Below are positions 28,186 through 38,503 of a stretch of 64,000 bases of DNA, in pieces; position 1 is the first letter of the stretch; each line of letters begins with the position of its first letter. The notes beneath the pieces are model-generated. The model was not told where the DNA came from, did no database searches, and was given only the letters and a program-made list of their open reading frames with translations. The position numbers and the translations under genes are program-made. This DNA comes from Eledone cirrhosa. Taxonomy: Eukaryota. The stretch spans positions 53,506,001 to 53,570,000 of the forward strand of contig OZ024745.1 of the NCBI GenBank assembly GCA_964016885.1. Reading direction: 5' to 3'.

Positions 28186-28833
28186 CATAAATCATGTCTT
28201 TAGAATCATCAGATATTAAAATATATACTATTTCTTCTTCTAATTAGCATAATTAACCATATACAAAATCAAATCTAGCAAGCTTTAAGAATAAATTTTC
28301 TTATGGGGAAATCTCTGACAAACAATCGATCGTAGCCTCTTCGCGGCACCCCCGTTCCATTATTTATCGAACATTTCGGCAGCATGTAGACTCCGACTAA
28401 ATATATCATCAACCACACACAATTAGTAGTAAAATTAAACTTAGAAGAAATGCGCACATACCGTAATTATATCTCTACCATGGTTTCTTCCTTATTTAGG
28501 ACATCCAAATAATATGAATTTCCAGAGTTAGGTTTCATCAGGAGATAAACTCAAAATCAGACATTTAGTTTTTCAATCCGATCCCGCCAAATTTAGATTC
28601 AAAAATGGCTAAAAATCGCTATGTAGCTGTGTTCCAGCCAGAGAGAAAGAGTGTGATTGGTTGCTTATTATGCTGATTGGTTGCTTATTATGCTAATTAG
28701 AAGAAGAAATAGTATATATTTTAATATCTGATGATTCTAAAGACATGATTTATGATATAATGGTCTGATTTTTTGCTTTTAATTTATTAATTCTTCATAG
28801 AGATTAAAAGTGAAAAGTTGCAACATATATATA

Positions 28834-28884
<51 letters not shown>

Positions 28885-29127
28885 CGAAGGAAGTGTAGTA
28901 ATACAACATTGTCAAATTAAACACTAAAATCCTAAAACAATATATATGTGTATATATATATATATTGTTATACTTTGGGAGGGTCATGTTGCCAATAAGA
29001 AACACACGCACCAGTAGCTTTCACTTCAATTTATTATATATTTATAAATTTATAAATTTACAAATTTACAAACTTATAAATTTCTGGTTGGTTGGTTGGT
29101 TCCACAACCAGATAGTTGTTTATATAT

Positions 29128-29172
29128 AGTCATAGTCCTTTCGTCACACACTCTGTGACCTCTTCAGTGACT
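29128..29172 (-). ncRNA. Minimal type I hammerhead ribozyme in the PLE 3' region
   Basis: agtca-CTGAAGA-g-gtcaca/gagtg/tgtgac-GAAA-ggac-TA-tgact. Confidence 0.85.
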
Positions 29173-29472
29173 GGGGATTCCTTTCCTTTGTTTCTGTGCC
29201 TTTCCTTTCCTCTATCCTACGCCATTTTGTTTCTGTGTATGTGTTGTGTGCTCAGTTTGCGCATGCGCCACATCCGGGTGTCTGTGTGTGTTTGTGTTCA
29301 TTTATCTATTTGTTTATTTATTTATTTATTTATTGTTGGTTGGTTGTTTGTTCTGTGTGTGTGTGTTTTCATTTTGTCCTGTGTGTGTTTTCATTTTGTC
29401 CTTAATTGTAGGTTGTTTGTTCTATGTGTGTGTGTGCTTTCATTTTGTCCTGTGTGTGTTTTCATTTTGTCC

Positions 29473-32400
29473 TTAATTGTAAGTTGTGATGTTGCTGTTC
29501 CACTCATATTTTCTATTTAATTTTGGTTTTAATTCTTTTATGCTTACTGCCTCTGTAATTTGTCTAAACATTGCGTCTTTTCTGTGTGTGGATTCTATTT
29601 TTATTTCTATGTTCTCTAGTCTACTCCTGTGTTCTATCTTAGCATGTTGGTAGAGCACAGATGATTCTTTATTATCTTGGAGGTCTCGCCAGTGTTCATT
29701 TATTCGTTCCCCTATACTACGAGCTGTCTCACCTATGTACACTATATTTTTGTTTCTACATTGTCCTTCTGTACATCTTATGCTATACACTACATTTCTA
29801 GTTTTACAGTTAATATGGGGGCTTATTTTACAGGTTATACATTTCTTATCTATACATGAGGGTCTTTGGAACGGGTATGTCTTGCTAATAAGTGTTTTTA
29901 CGGAGGTACCTGGTCTTTCTACTATCTTAATATTGAGATTATGTTTATTTAGGGCCCTTCTAAATTTGTAGGCTAGTTCGCCTCTAGGGGTTGTATTGAT
30001 GAACATTACACTCTGGTATTTATTGCTATCATACCATGAGTTTATTCTATTGGCTTTGTTCCTAGTTCTTTCTATTCTATTCCAAAATTTGCTCCTATAC
30101 AAGGGGCAGGTCCCATTTATGTCATTATTTATCATTTTTTCCCATTTGGTTCTGGCTCCTTTATACACTCTGATTCTATCTCTCTGATTGTAGCCAGAGA
30201 ACTGCATACGGTGGATGAAGTGTTGTATGTGTCTCTCTAGTTCTTCGGGGGTGCACATGCGGGACACATTTCTCATCACCCGTACCAAATCCGCAATCAG
30301 TATGTTGATTTTGGTATGGTCCGAAATGGCCGAGTTTCGGTGGATCAGATGTTTGGAAGTCATGGGTTTGGCATAATGGGAATGGAGGATTTGTTTTTGG
30401 TTGTTAATGGTATCTAACCAGAGCTCTGTGTCTAGTACAGGTAATCGATGGTTGGGGTGTCTACTTGGGTAGTCTATAGTAACTCTAATGCTCTGGTGGA
30501 TGGAGTTTGCTATTTGCTGGATGCTTTCCATTGTGTTTTTCTCTAGTTCCTGACTGTTCTTTAGTGGGGGTGTCTTAACTACGATGTTTATATCATCTAC
30601 GTAGCGGGAGTACATTATCAGGGTTAAGCTGTCTTCTAATTGTTCTTTAAGTTTTTGTTTAAGTCTACTGTCCCACCATACCATGAATAAGTTAGCTATG
30701 TCGCCTGCAATGCTAACACCAATGGCTGCTCCTTCCTCTTGGGCATATGTTTTACCATTAAATTTGAACATATGTTCCTTAAGGGTTAATTTTATGCTGG
30801 CCCCTACCGCATGTGCAATCATTTTCTTCAGTTCATCGTGGTTTTCGGGTGTCCGTATGGCTCTGGTCAACCCGTTCCATCTATCTGTGTGGGTTTTCTT
30901 GGCTATTGAGGTAATGTTAGGTGGTCTGCCTCTTGCTGGTCTTGTAGGGCACAGGTTGCTAAGGTCATAAGTGTCTAGGTAACTATTACTATGGGTAAGC
31001 TTAAGTAGAAGTCCCAGCTCACTGGTATCAATCCCACGGAACTCAACCTTGCTCTCGCTGATCATTTCTACGCATTTCTCCACAGCAAAATCCACGTCAA
31101 TAGATGGATACAGGGACACAACATCCATACTGCCTATTATGCAGTTTGTTAGGTCCCCAGATCGGTTACCCGCGCCGATTCTGCTGAGGAGGTCCTCCGT
31201 GCTGTCACACACATCTGGGGACATCTCGATGATGGGGCGTATGATCAGGGAGAGGAAGTAGGACAGTCTGTAGTTATTAGCAATGTTAGCCCCACAGACT
31301 GGTCGTGTTGGTGGTCCCGCGACAGGGTCCCAGCCCGTTTTATGGTCTTTTCGAAGCCCATACAACGCCGGCACGTCATTGTTCCAGGCCTGGAAGTTGT
31401 TAGCAGTCCTTTTGTTGGGCTGCATTATATTCGTCCACATCACCATATGGGCATTGAGGGCATTTTCTCTATCCTCATGCTCCTGAGGTGTTACCTCTCT
31501 TGTGTTAGTGATGTGGGGTTGCATTGCCTGGATGTAGTTTGGCAGGCTGTCAATCGACATTCTGCCAGACTTGTCTGTTGGAAAACATGCTATCTCTCCA
31601 TTACGCGAGCGCTGCATGAGCTTACGCAAGCCATTTGCAGATTTTTCTCCCAGTTGCTGGGCCTCTATTCTATTATGCTTCTTGCTATACTGTTCTATAA
31701 TATTTCTAAGTTCGGATTTAGCTATACTAAATTGTGCTTCTGTTTGTTCATCGACCTGCGACGGCAACTGCGTGCGTTTGTTAAATGGCAGAGTCGTGGC
31801 GTGGACTCTTCGTAGGTCGAATGATTTATCGGAGGGGTTATAAAACGGAGAGTTCCAGGCTGCTGCTTTATGTGTACTAGTGCTATTATTATTGTTAGTT
31901 GTGTTGTTTCTATTTCTATTTCCACCAACAGCCTCAGCCTCATGGTTGTTTCTATGTCTCTCATAATTACTCCTGTCTCTTTCCACTGGCTCAATGTTGT
32001 TATCTACCCTATTTTGTGTGTCTGTGTGTTCGTCTTGGTTATTCTCTTTGTCCTTAGTCTCCCATCTCCTTTTCCTTTTAATCCTATTACTTTCTCTTAT
32101 TTCTCTGATTTCTGTGCTACTGTCATTACTTGTTTTCTGTGTCTGTGTGTTTGTTAAGATTGTGGTGGTGGTGAGAGGCATTGAATGCGTGTGTGTTGTT
32201 GTTGTTGATGTGTGTTGTTGTTGATGTGTGTTGTTGTTGTCTCCGTGTGTGTTATCGTTATTGTGTGTGTTGTTATTGTTGTTTGTGTCTGCGTGTCTGT
32301 TGTTGTTGTATCTGGGTATGTTGCTATTGTTGTTGTTGTTGATGTGTGTGTTGTTGTTATTGTTGTTTGTGTCTGTGTGTCTGTTGTTGTTGGGATGTGT

Positions 32401-32961
32401 GTTGTATATGTGTGTGCGTATATTGTTGCTTTTGTTTTTGATGCTCCAGCGTAGTTTTGTAAATGATTTTTCTATTTCTGACAGACAACTAATCATATTT
32501 ACCTTCTTGAATGTCGCAAATTTGGGTGGCAGACATAACACAGACATTTCATTATTATCTATTTCCGTGTTTCCATAAATGTTGGTATTTTCGTTGTTGA
32601 ACTCTTCTGATAATGGGGTGTCGGCCATGTTGATACCGTCAATTTTGTCGGGATATCTATTGGTATACTCTATAGTATCCCGATTTAGCTTTGCCTGTTT
32701 AAGCCACTTTAGTTTTCTGTTAAAGTGCTTATCACATTCTTGAGTAATGTACTGTTCTTCGGGGCGTATAAGGCTTATAAATATCAGTTTTTCTGTTGAT
32801 GTGGTGATTTTAGCTATTTCTTGTATTAGGTTACGCTTTTGTTTTTCTTGATGGCTTAATTCTCTATAGATCTTCTTTTTTATGTTTAGAATTAAAGTTC
32901 GTTTTAGCCTATCTGCTTGTTTTTTGGTGAGTTGTAATCTTCTAACGTCGATATAATACAA
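29473..32961 (-). CDS. PLE polyprotein (reverse transcriptase, Cys-rich linker, GIY-YIG endonuclease); uninterrupted but 5'-truncated
   Basis: 1162-aa frame with TDKSG, LYGLRKDHK, PPTRPV, SMDVVSLYPSI, QEEGAAIG, YSRYVDD, LPVLD, C...KCITC, VVYSIRC...YIGETAR...R..EH...E..I....PKLN. The TTG start lies in junction filler. Confidence 0.95.
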   Translation of the reverse strand: MYYIDVRRLQLTKKQADRLKRTLILNIKKKIYRELSHQEKQKRNLIQEIAKITTSTEKLIFISLIRPEEQYITQECDKHFNRKLKWLKQAKLNRDTIEYTNRYPDKIDGINMADTPLSEEFNNENTNIYGNTEIDNNEMSVLCLPPKFATFKKVNMISCLSEIEKSFTKLRWSIKNKSNNIRTHIYNTHPNNNRHTDTNNNNNNTHINNNNNSNIPRYNNNRHADTNNNNNTHNNDNTHGDNNNTHQQQHTSTTTTHTHSMPLTTTTILTNTQTQKTSNDSSTEIREIRESNRIKRKRRWETKDKENNQDEHTDTQNRVDNNIEPVERDRSNYERHRNNHEAEAVGGNRNRNNTTNNNNSTSTHKAAAWNSPFYNPSDKSFDLRRVHATTLPFNKRTQLPSQVDEQTEAQFSIAKSELRNIIEQYSKKHNRIEAQQLGEKSANGLRKLMQRSRNGEIACFPTDKSGRMSIDSLPNYIQAMQPHITNTREVTPQEHEDRENALNAHMVMWTNIMQPNKRTANNFQAWNNDVPALYGLRKDHKTGWDPVAGPPTRPVCGANIANNYRLSYFLSLIIRPIIEMSPDVCDSTEDLLSRIGAGNRSGDLTNCIIGSMDVVSLYPSIDVDFAVEKCVEMISESKVEFRGIDTSELGLLLKLTHSNSYLDTYDLSNLCPTRPARGRPPNITSIAKKTHTDRWNGLTRAIRTPENHDELKKMIAHAVGASIKLTLKEHMFKFNGKTYAQEEGAAIGVSIAGDIANLFMVWWDSRLKQKLKEQLEDSLTLIMYSRYVDDINIVVKTPPLKNSQELEKNTMESIQQIANSIHQSIRVTIDYPSRHPNHRLPVLDTELWLDTINNQKQILHSHYAKPMTSKHLIHRNSAISDHTKINILIADLVRVMRNVSRMCTPEELERHIQHFIHRMQFSGYNQRDRIRVYKGARTKWEKMINNDINGTCPLYRSKFWNRIERTRNKANRINSWYDSNKYQSVMFINTTPRGELAYKFRRALNKHNLNIKIVERPGTSVKTLISKTYPFQRPSCIDKKCITCKISPHINCKTRNVVYSIRCTEGQCRNKNIVYIGETARSIGERINEHWRDLQDNKESSVLYQHAKIEHRSRLENIEIKIESTHRKDAMFRQITEAVSIKELKPKLNRKYEWNSNITTYN

Positions 32962-33793
32962 CGTCGGTATAATACAACCCCTAGAGGCGAACTAGCCTAC
33001 AAATTTAGAAGGGCCCTAAATAAACATAATCTCAATATTAAGATAGTAGAAAGACCAGGTACCTCCGTAAAAACACTTATTAGCAAGACATACCCGTTCC
33101 AAAGACCCTCATGTATAGATAAGAAATGTATAACCTGTAAAATAAGCCCCCATATTAACTGTAAAACTAGAAATGTAGTGTATAGCATAAGATGTACAGA
33201 AGGACAATGTAGAAACAAAAATATAGTGTACATAGGTGAGACAGCTCGTAGTATAGGGGAACGAATAAATGAACACTGGCGAGACCTCCAAGATAATAAA
33301 GAATCATCTGTGCTCTACCAACATGCTAAGATAGAACACAGGAGTAGACTAGAGAACATAGAAATAAAAATAGAATCCACACACAGAAAAGACGCAATGT
33401 TTAGACAAATTACAGAGGCAGTAAGCATAAAAGAATTAAAACCAAAATTAAATAGAAAATATGAGTGGAACAGCAACATCACAACTTACAATTAAGGACA
33501 AAATGAAAACACACACAGGACAAAATGAAAACACACACACACATAGAACAAACAACCTACAATTAAGGACAAAATGAAAACACACACAGGACAAAATGAA
33601 AACACACACACACACAGAACAAACAACCAACCAACAATAAATAAATAAATAAACAAATAGATAAATGAACACAAACACACACAGACACCCGGATGTGGCG
33701 CATGCGCAAACTGAGCACACAACACACACACAGAAACAAAATGGCGTAGGATAGAGGAAAGGAAAGGCACAGAAACAAAGGAAAGGAATCCCC

Positions 33794-33838
33794 AGTCACT
33801 GAAGAGGTCACAGAGTGTGTGACGAAAGGACTATGACT
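33794..33838 (+). ncRNA. Minimal type I hammerhead ribozyme in the inverted pLTR
   Basis: Mirror copy of 29128-29172. Confidence 0.85.
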
Positions 33839-33978
33839 ATATATAAACAACTATCTGGTTGTGGAACCAACCAACCAACCAGAAATTTATAAGTTTGTAA
33901 ATTTGTAAATTTATAAATTTATAAATATATAATAAATTGAAGTGAAAGCAACTGGTGCGTGTGTTTCTTATTGGCAAC

Positions 33979-34058
33979 ATGACCCTCCCAAAGTATAACA
34001 ATATCGGTTTCAATACACGATTTCAGATAAAGAATCTTGCTAAACAAATTCAGAAACG

Positions 34059-34062
<4 letters not shown>
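33979..34062 (+). CDS. Probable true N-terminus of the PLE ORF, carried at the end of the pLTR (partial)
   Basis: gcaacATG opens MTLPKYNNIGFNTRFQIKNLAKQIQKRN, which runs into (TA)n. Confidence 0.55.
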
Positions 34063-34103
<41 letters not shown>

Positions 34104-34241
34104 AAAGTTAAACAAGGTTCAATGAATACATCAAAGAATGAGTTTTACAATAGATTGGAAGCACTCAACTGAATAGGTTTTCCAGAGTTATTAATATTAA
34201 TTCAAAATATTAACAAAATAGATATTCTTGTGATCAATTAT

Positions 34242-34306
34242 ATTTTATTATACATATTTCAGAGGTACTGAGTTAAGTTTACCAGTACGTCCTCATCAGA
34301 TGAAAT
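34242..34306 (-). ncRNA. Type I hammerhead ribozyme, palindrome left arm
   Basis: Reverse complement of 34421-34485 with two differences. Confidence 0.75.
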
Positions 34307-34420
34307 AGGATGATGCATGACATAGCCTGACATAGTAGATGGTTAAGATTCAGTCATGGTAGTACTAGCATGACTGAATCTTAACCATCTACTATGTCAG
34401 GGTATGTCATGCATCATCCT

Positions 34421-34485
34421 ATTTTATCTGATGAGGACGTACTGTTAAACTTAACTCAGTACCTCTGAAATATGTATAATAAAAT
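34421..34485 (+). ncRNA. Type I hammerhead ribozyme, palindrome right arm
   Basis: attttat-CTGATGA-ggac-gtactg..cagtac-ctct-GAAA-tatgta-TA-ataaaat. Confidence 0.8.
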
Positions 34486-34552
34486 ATAATTGATCACAAG
34501 AATATCTATTTTGATAATATTTTGAATTAATATATATATATATATTTATATA

Positions 34553-34837
34553 GGTAAGTTATTCCGGGTTGAATTGGAGGTAACCACAGTAAGTAAGGTA
34601 CTCAATACATAGCAGAGGATACAAGTTTTAATATAGATGAGATTCTACAGGACTAGAACTGTTTCATTCTTGAGAAATCATGAAAAGTTGTTGAAGTGTG
34701 TGTATGGGTGAGTTTGTTGACATGCGTGAATATATGGTGTTGTTGTGCGTATATGAATGTGAGGTGGTTGGTGTATATATGTGTAATTGGATGATTTCTC
34801 AAGAATGAAACAGTTCTAGTCCTGTAGCATCTCATCT
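34553..34837. mobile_element. Family D short PLE-type terminus (minus) plus an inverted partial copy
   Basis: Homologous to 46948-47110, 53120-53292, 63346-63478 and the tip at 7171-7206. Confidence 0.8.
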
Positions 34838-34843
34838 CTCTCA

Positions 34844-34917
<74 letters not shown>

Positions 34918-34922
<5 letters not shown>

Positions 34923-35556
34923 GAGGAAGTTTGTAAACTCACTTGTAATAATTCTTTACACACATCTCACTGTGTAACACACTTCTCTTTGTGTAATATA
35001 TTTGTATTTGAGCTCAGAAGAAAATTCTCTATTCTTCTTTGAGCTAATATTATTATTATTATTACTGTGAACTGCGGAATACTCTTAATTCCGATCCTCG
35101 TATACTTAACGAGCTCCAAATTGTTGAGCTAATAAATTCGAATGGTTGGGCTGCCCTCTCTAGCATTTTCCCCAATCCACGAGAGCCGTTATTTGATGCA
35201 AATAACACATGATTTCGCCCTACTCTGGGCAGCGTGTATATTAGCTTTCTCTCTATCCATGAGGTTAGATGTGTCGTGAACAGAATCCACATTTGCTGAC
35301 TGAGGAACCTGTGGTCTGTTAAACTGCACATTTCTGTGGTGAAACGAACTAGATTCGTATCAGCAAACTTATAGTTATAAGGTTGGTAATTTAAAACTCT
35401 ACTTCAGAGATTTGATTCTGACTTAGTTTTTTTTTCTATTTAATTGCTAAACCTGTAGATATTATTCTCTATACAGTAACGGTAAAACTCACTTGTAATA
35501 ATTCTTTACACACATCTCACTGTGTAACACACTTCTCTTTGTGTAATATATTTGAA
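34918..35556 (+). mobile_element. 550-bp non-coding unit with ~70-bp terminal direct repeat and a hammerhead, retrozyme-like
   Basis: aaactcacttgtaataattc...gtaatatatttg occurs at 34935 and 35485. (TA)n lies on both flanks. Confidence 0.85.
35292..35367 (+). ncRNA. Type I hammerhead ribozyme with three well-formed stems
   Basis: tttgctga-CTGAGGA-acc...ggt-GAAA-cgaa/ctaga/ttcg-TA-tcagcaaa; 8-bp stem I, GUA cleavage triplet. Confidence 0.92.
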
Positions 35557-35907
35557 TATATATATATATAAACTGTTAATACACATAAGCATATATTAGA
35601 ATGGGCAGATTTATATATAGGAAGAGAAATATGGTGCTTGCGTGTATTCACAGTTTATATGTGCGTATGTGTACGCTTATTTATCTATAAGTGCTTATCT
35701 GTATTGATATGTGTGTGTGTATTAAATCTGTATCTGACAATAAAATCACTTACAAAACGAAATCATACATACAGATGTATAAATGTATGTTCGTACGAAC
35801 TTACATTTATATTTTATATATGCTGGTTTATATATATATAAACATATTATGCATATGTATATTATATATGTGTGTGTGCACGTGTGTGTGTATATATATA
35901 TATATAT

Positions 35908-35990
<83 letters not shown>

Positions 35991-36014
35991 TGTGTGTACA
36001 TATATATGCATGGA

Positions 36015-37797
36015 ATAAGGTTTGGATATGTATCAGGTTTTTGTCGATCTGACAAAAGCTTTCGATACTGTTAACAGAGATGCATTATGGAAGGTTCTCC
36101 AGAAACTTGGTTGCCCTGATAAGTTCCTTGCTTTAATTAGGTCTTTCCATGACGACATGAAGGATTGGGTTAATGTCGGAGGTAACATGTCGGAGCTTAT
36201 CTCAGTAAAAAATGGAGTGACACAAGGGGATATTCCAGCACCGATCCTGTTTGCCATATACTTTGCAATGGTTTTCTGTATTGCATTCAGGAATTGCGAG
36301 CATGGTGTTTACATCCGATATCGTACTCAGGCAGCATATTTAACATCAAGCGCTTTGCTGCAAAGACAAAAGTATTTACATCAATCATAAGAGACCTCTT
36401 GTATGCAGATGATTGGGATCTTGTAGCGCACACAGAGAGTGATGTGCAGCACATTTTGAATGCATTTTCTGACACTTGCACTGCCCTAGGATTGACTGTC
36501 AGTCTCAAGAAAACCGTCGTCATGTACCAACCTGCCCCTGGTAAGCAGTACACTGAACCAAATATCTATGTGTATGGTAAACGAGTTGGAGTGGTTGATC
36601 AGTTTGTCTACCTGGGAATCACTGTCAATCGATACAGCAACCTTGATAGTGAAATCTCACTTAGGATTAGGAAAGCAAGTGATGCTTTCGGAAAGCTAGA
36701 AAGGCGACTCTGGGGTAGGCGAGACATATGCAGGAGGACAAAGGTAAAGGTGTACAAGGCATGTGTGCTCTCTTGTCTTCTTTATGCCTGTGAGACCTGT
36801 GTCACATATCAGATGTGTCTCAGACGGATCCATGGCGTTCACTGGATGGACCACATCAGTGATGTCGAGATTTTGGAAAGCTCTATGTGTGACAGTATAG
36901 AAGCTCTTGTGCTTAAGCAACGACTCCGTTGGAGTGGTCACCTGCCAGGTTGAAGGATTCTAGAATACCAAAACAACTCTTTTATGGAGAGTTAGTTAAA
37001 GGAAAACGACCGCCACATAAACCAAAAAAGAGTATAAGGATTCCTTGAAAGCCTCTCTGAAAGACGCTAACATCTCTGCTGATACATGGGAAAATATTGC
37101 TGCTGATCGTAATAAATGGAGAAAGACTGTATATGAGGGAAAAGTTTTGAGGCATCTCGAATCGCATACGAGAAAGTAAAGCGTGATGTGAGGATGGGCA
37201 TTGCTGTTGCACTTCCAGACGGCGAGGGTCCTCCTATGGTGCTGACATGCAGCGTCTGTGCGAGACTCTGCCTAAGCAAAGCTGGACTCGAAAGTCATCT
37301 TCGCAGTCATAAAGTAAGACCTGTGGTTGACTACCAGGCTGCTGTTGGAGATGCTACTCATCATGCTTGCCAAGCATGTGGTAGAGAATGTAAATCAGCA
37401 GGAGGGCTCAAGCGACATGCAAAAGTACATGAACTCCAACCACAGCCGGCTATTCTCAGTGAATGTTTTGGTTGCCGACTCTGTGCAAGAAATTTTAGAT
37501 CATTGGCTGGGCTAAAATGCCACATTCGATCGCAGCGCTGTTAGTTGCTATCGTGTGTGTGTGTGTATAGATATGTTTATGTGTGTGCGTGTGTGTATAT
37601 ATATGTATATGTATATTATTATTGTTGTTGTTGTCGTTAATATTATTGTTGTTATTATTATTATTATTGTTATTAATATATGTGTATGTATATGTATGTG
37701 TATGTATATGTATATATGTATGTATATATGCGTGTGTGTATATATTTTTTTTTTCTCGTGCAATGGTCATACTCGATAACGAGGGGGCAGCCATCAT
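36015..37797 (+). mobile_element. 5'-truncated, frameshifted RTE-clade LINE (RT plus three C-terminal C2H2 fingers); 3' UTR interrupted by microsatellite
   Basis: FVDLTKAFDTVNR, GVTQGD..APILF, LLYADD, FVYLG, LLYACET, RLRWSGH across ORFs 36022, 36294 and 37188. The 3' end tactcgataacgag..gcagccatcat is followed by an (ATGT)-like tail. Confidence 0.92.
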
Positions 37798-37964
37798 ATG
37801 TATATATATGTATATATGTATTTATGTATATATATATATATATGTATATATGTATAAATATATGTATGTGTGTATGTCTATCTTACTTTCTCCAAATCGT
37901 TTTACAAATATGTATGTATGCATTCATGCATATATGTATATATATATATGTATGTATGTATGTG

Positions 37965-38235
37965 TCTTTGCTCACTATAAAAGCTTCACGGCACAGGCAT
38001 TGCTTTATATCTGGAGATCTCTCTGCACTTGTCGTCACATGGTACCATGGGCCCACCACTATGTGTCAATAATTGTCACAAGTGTAGTGTTTGTACCAGA
38101 GTTTTCAAGTCGCTGGCTGGACTAAAAAGTCACACTCGTTCAGCGAATCGGTAGGGGTTCTCCTACATGGATATAAAGTAGTGGCCGTACTCGAAAACGA
38201 GTTGGCAGCCACCATGTATGTATGTATGTATGTAA
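37965..38235 (+). mobile_element. Second 3' fragment of a related RTE family with an (ATGT)n tail
   Basis: Encodes HKCSVCTRVFKSLAGLKSHTRS. The end tactcgaaaacgagttggcagccaccat matches the 3' end at 37770-37797. Confidence 0.8.
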
Positions 38236-38237
38236 GT

Positions 38238-38329
38238 ATATAAGTATATATGAATACTTAATGTGATGCATATATGGTACATATGATATATGTGTTATAT
38301 ATGTTTCCTATAGTTATATGCGTTATATA

Positions 38330-38418
<89 letters not shown>

Positions 38419-38503
38419 CGCATATAACTATAGGAAACATATATAACACATATATCATATGTACCATATATGCATCACATTAAGTATTCATATATACTTA
38501 TAT
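38238..38503. repeat. Inverted repeat with ~90-bp arms and a (TA)n centre
   Basis: 38238-38325 is the reverse complement of 38415-38503; near-identical ORFs appear on both strands in the track. Confidence 0.9.

Larger units (their letters stand above)
28963..34063. mobile_element. Young Penelope-like element (body on minus) with a ~1.03-kb inverted pseudo-LTR, in (TA)n
   Basis: 32971-34003 is the near-perfect reverse complement of 28963-29998. (TA)n lies on both flanks. Confidence 0.95.
34100..34545. mobile_element. Fold-back insertion: ~340-bp near-perfect palindrome (centre 34363/34364) in (TA)n
   Basis: Arms ~34192-34363 and 34364-34535 have no spacer. The left arm extends ~90 bp further. 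Confidence 0.88.

Noticed and set aside
28963-34003. DNA transposon with 1-kb terminal inverted repeats
   Set aside because: The internal ORF is RT + GIY-YIG, and the inverted arm is a copy of the ORF's own 3' end, as expected for a PLE pLTR.
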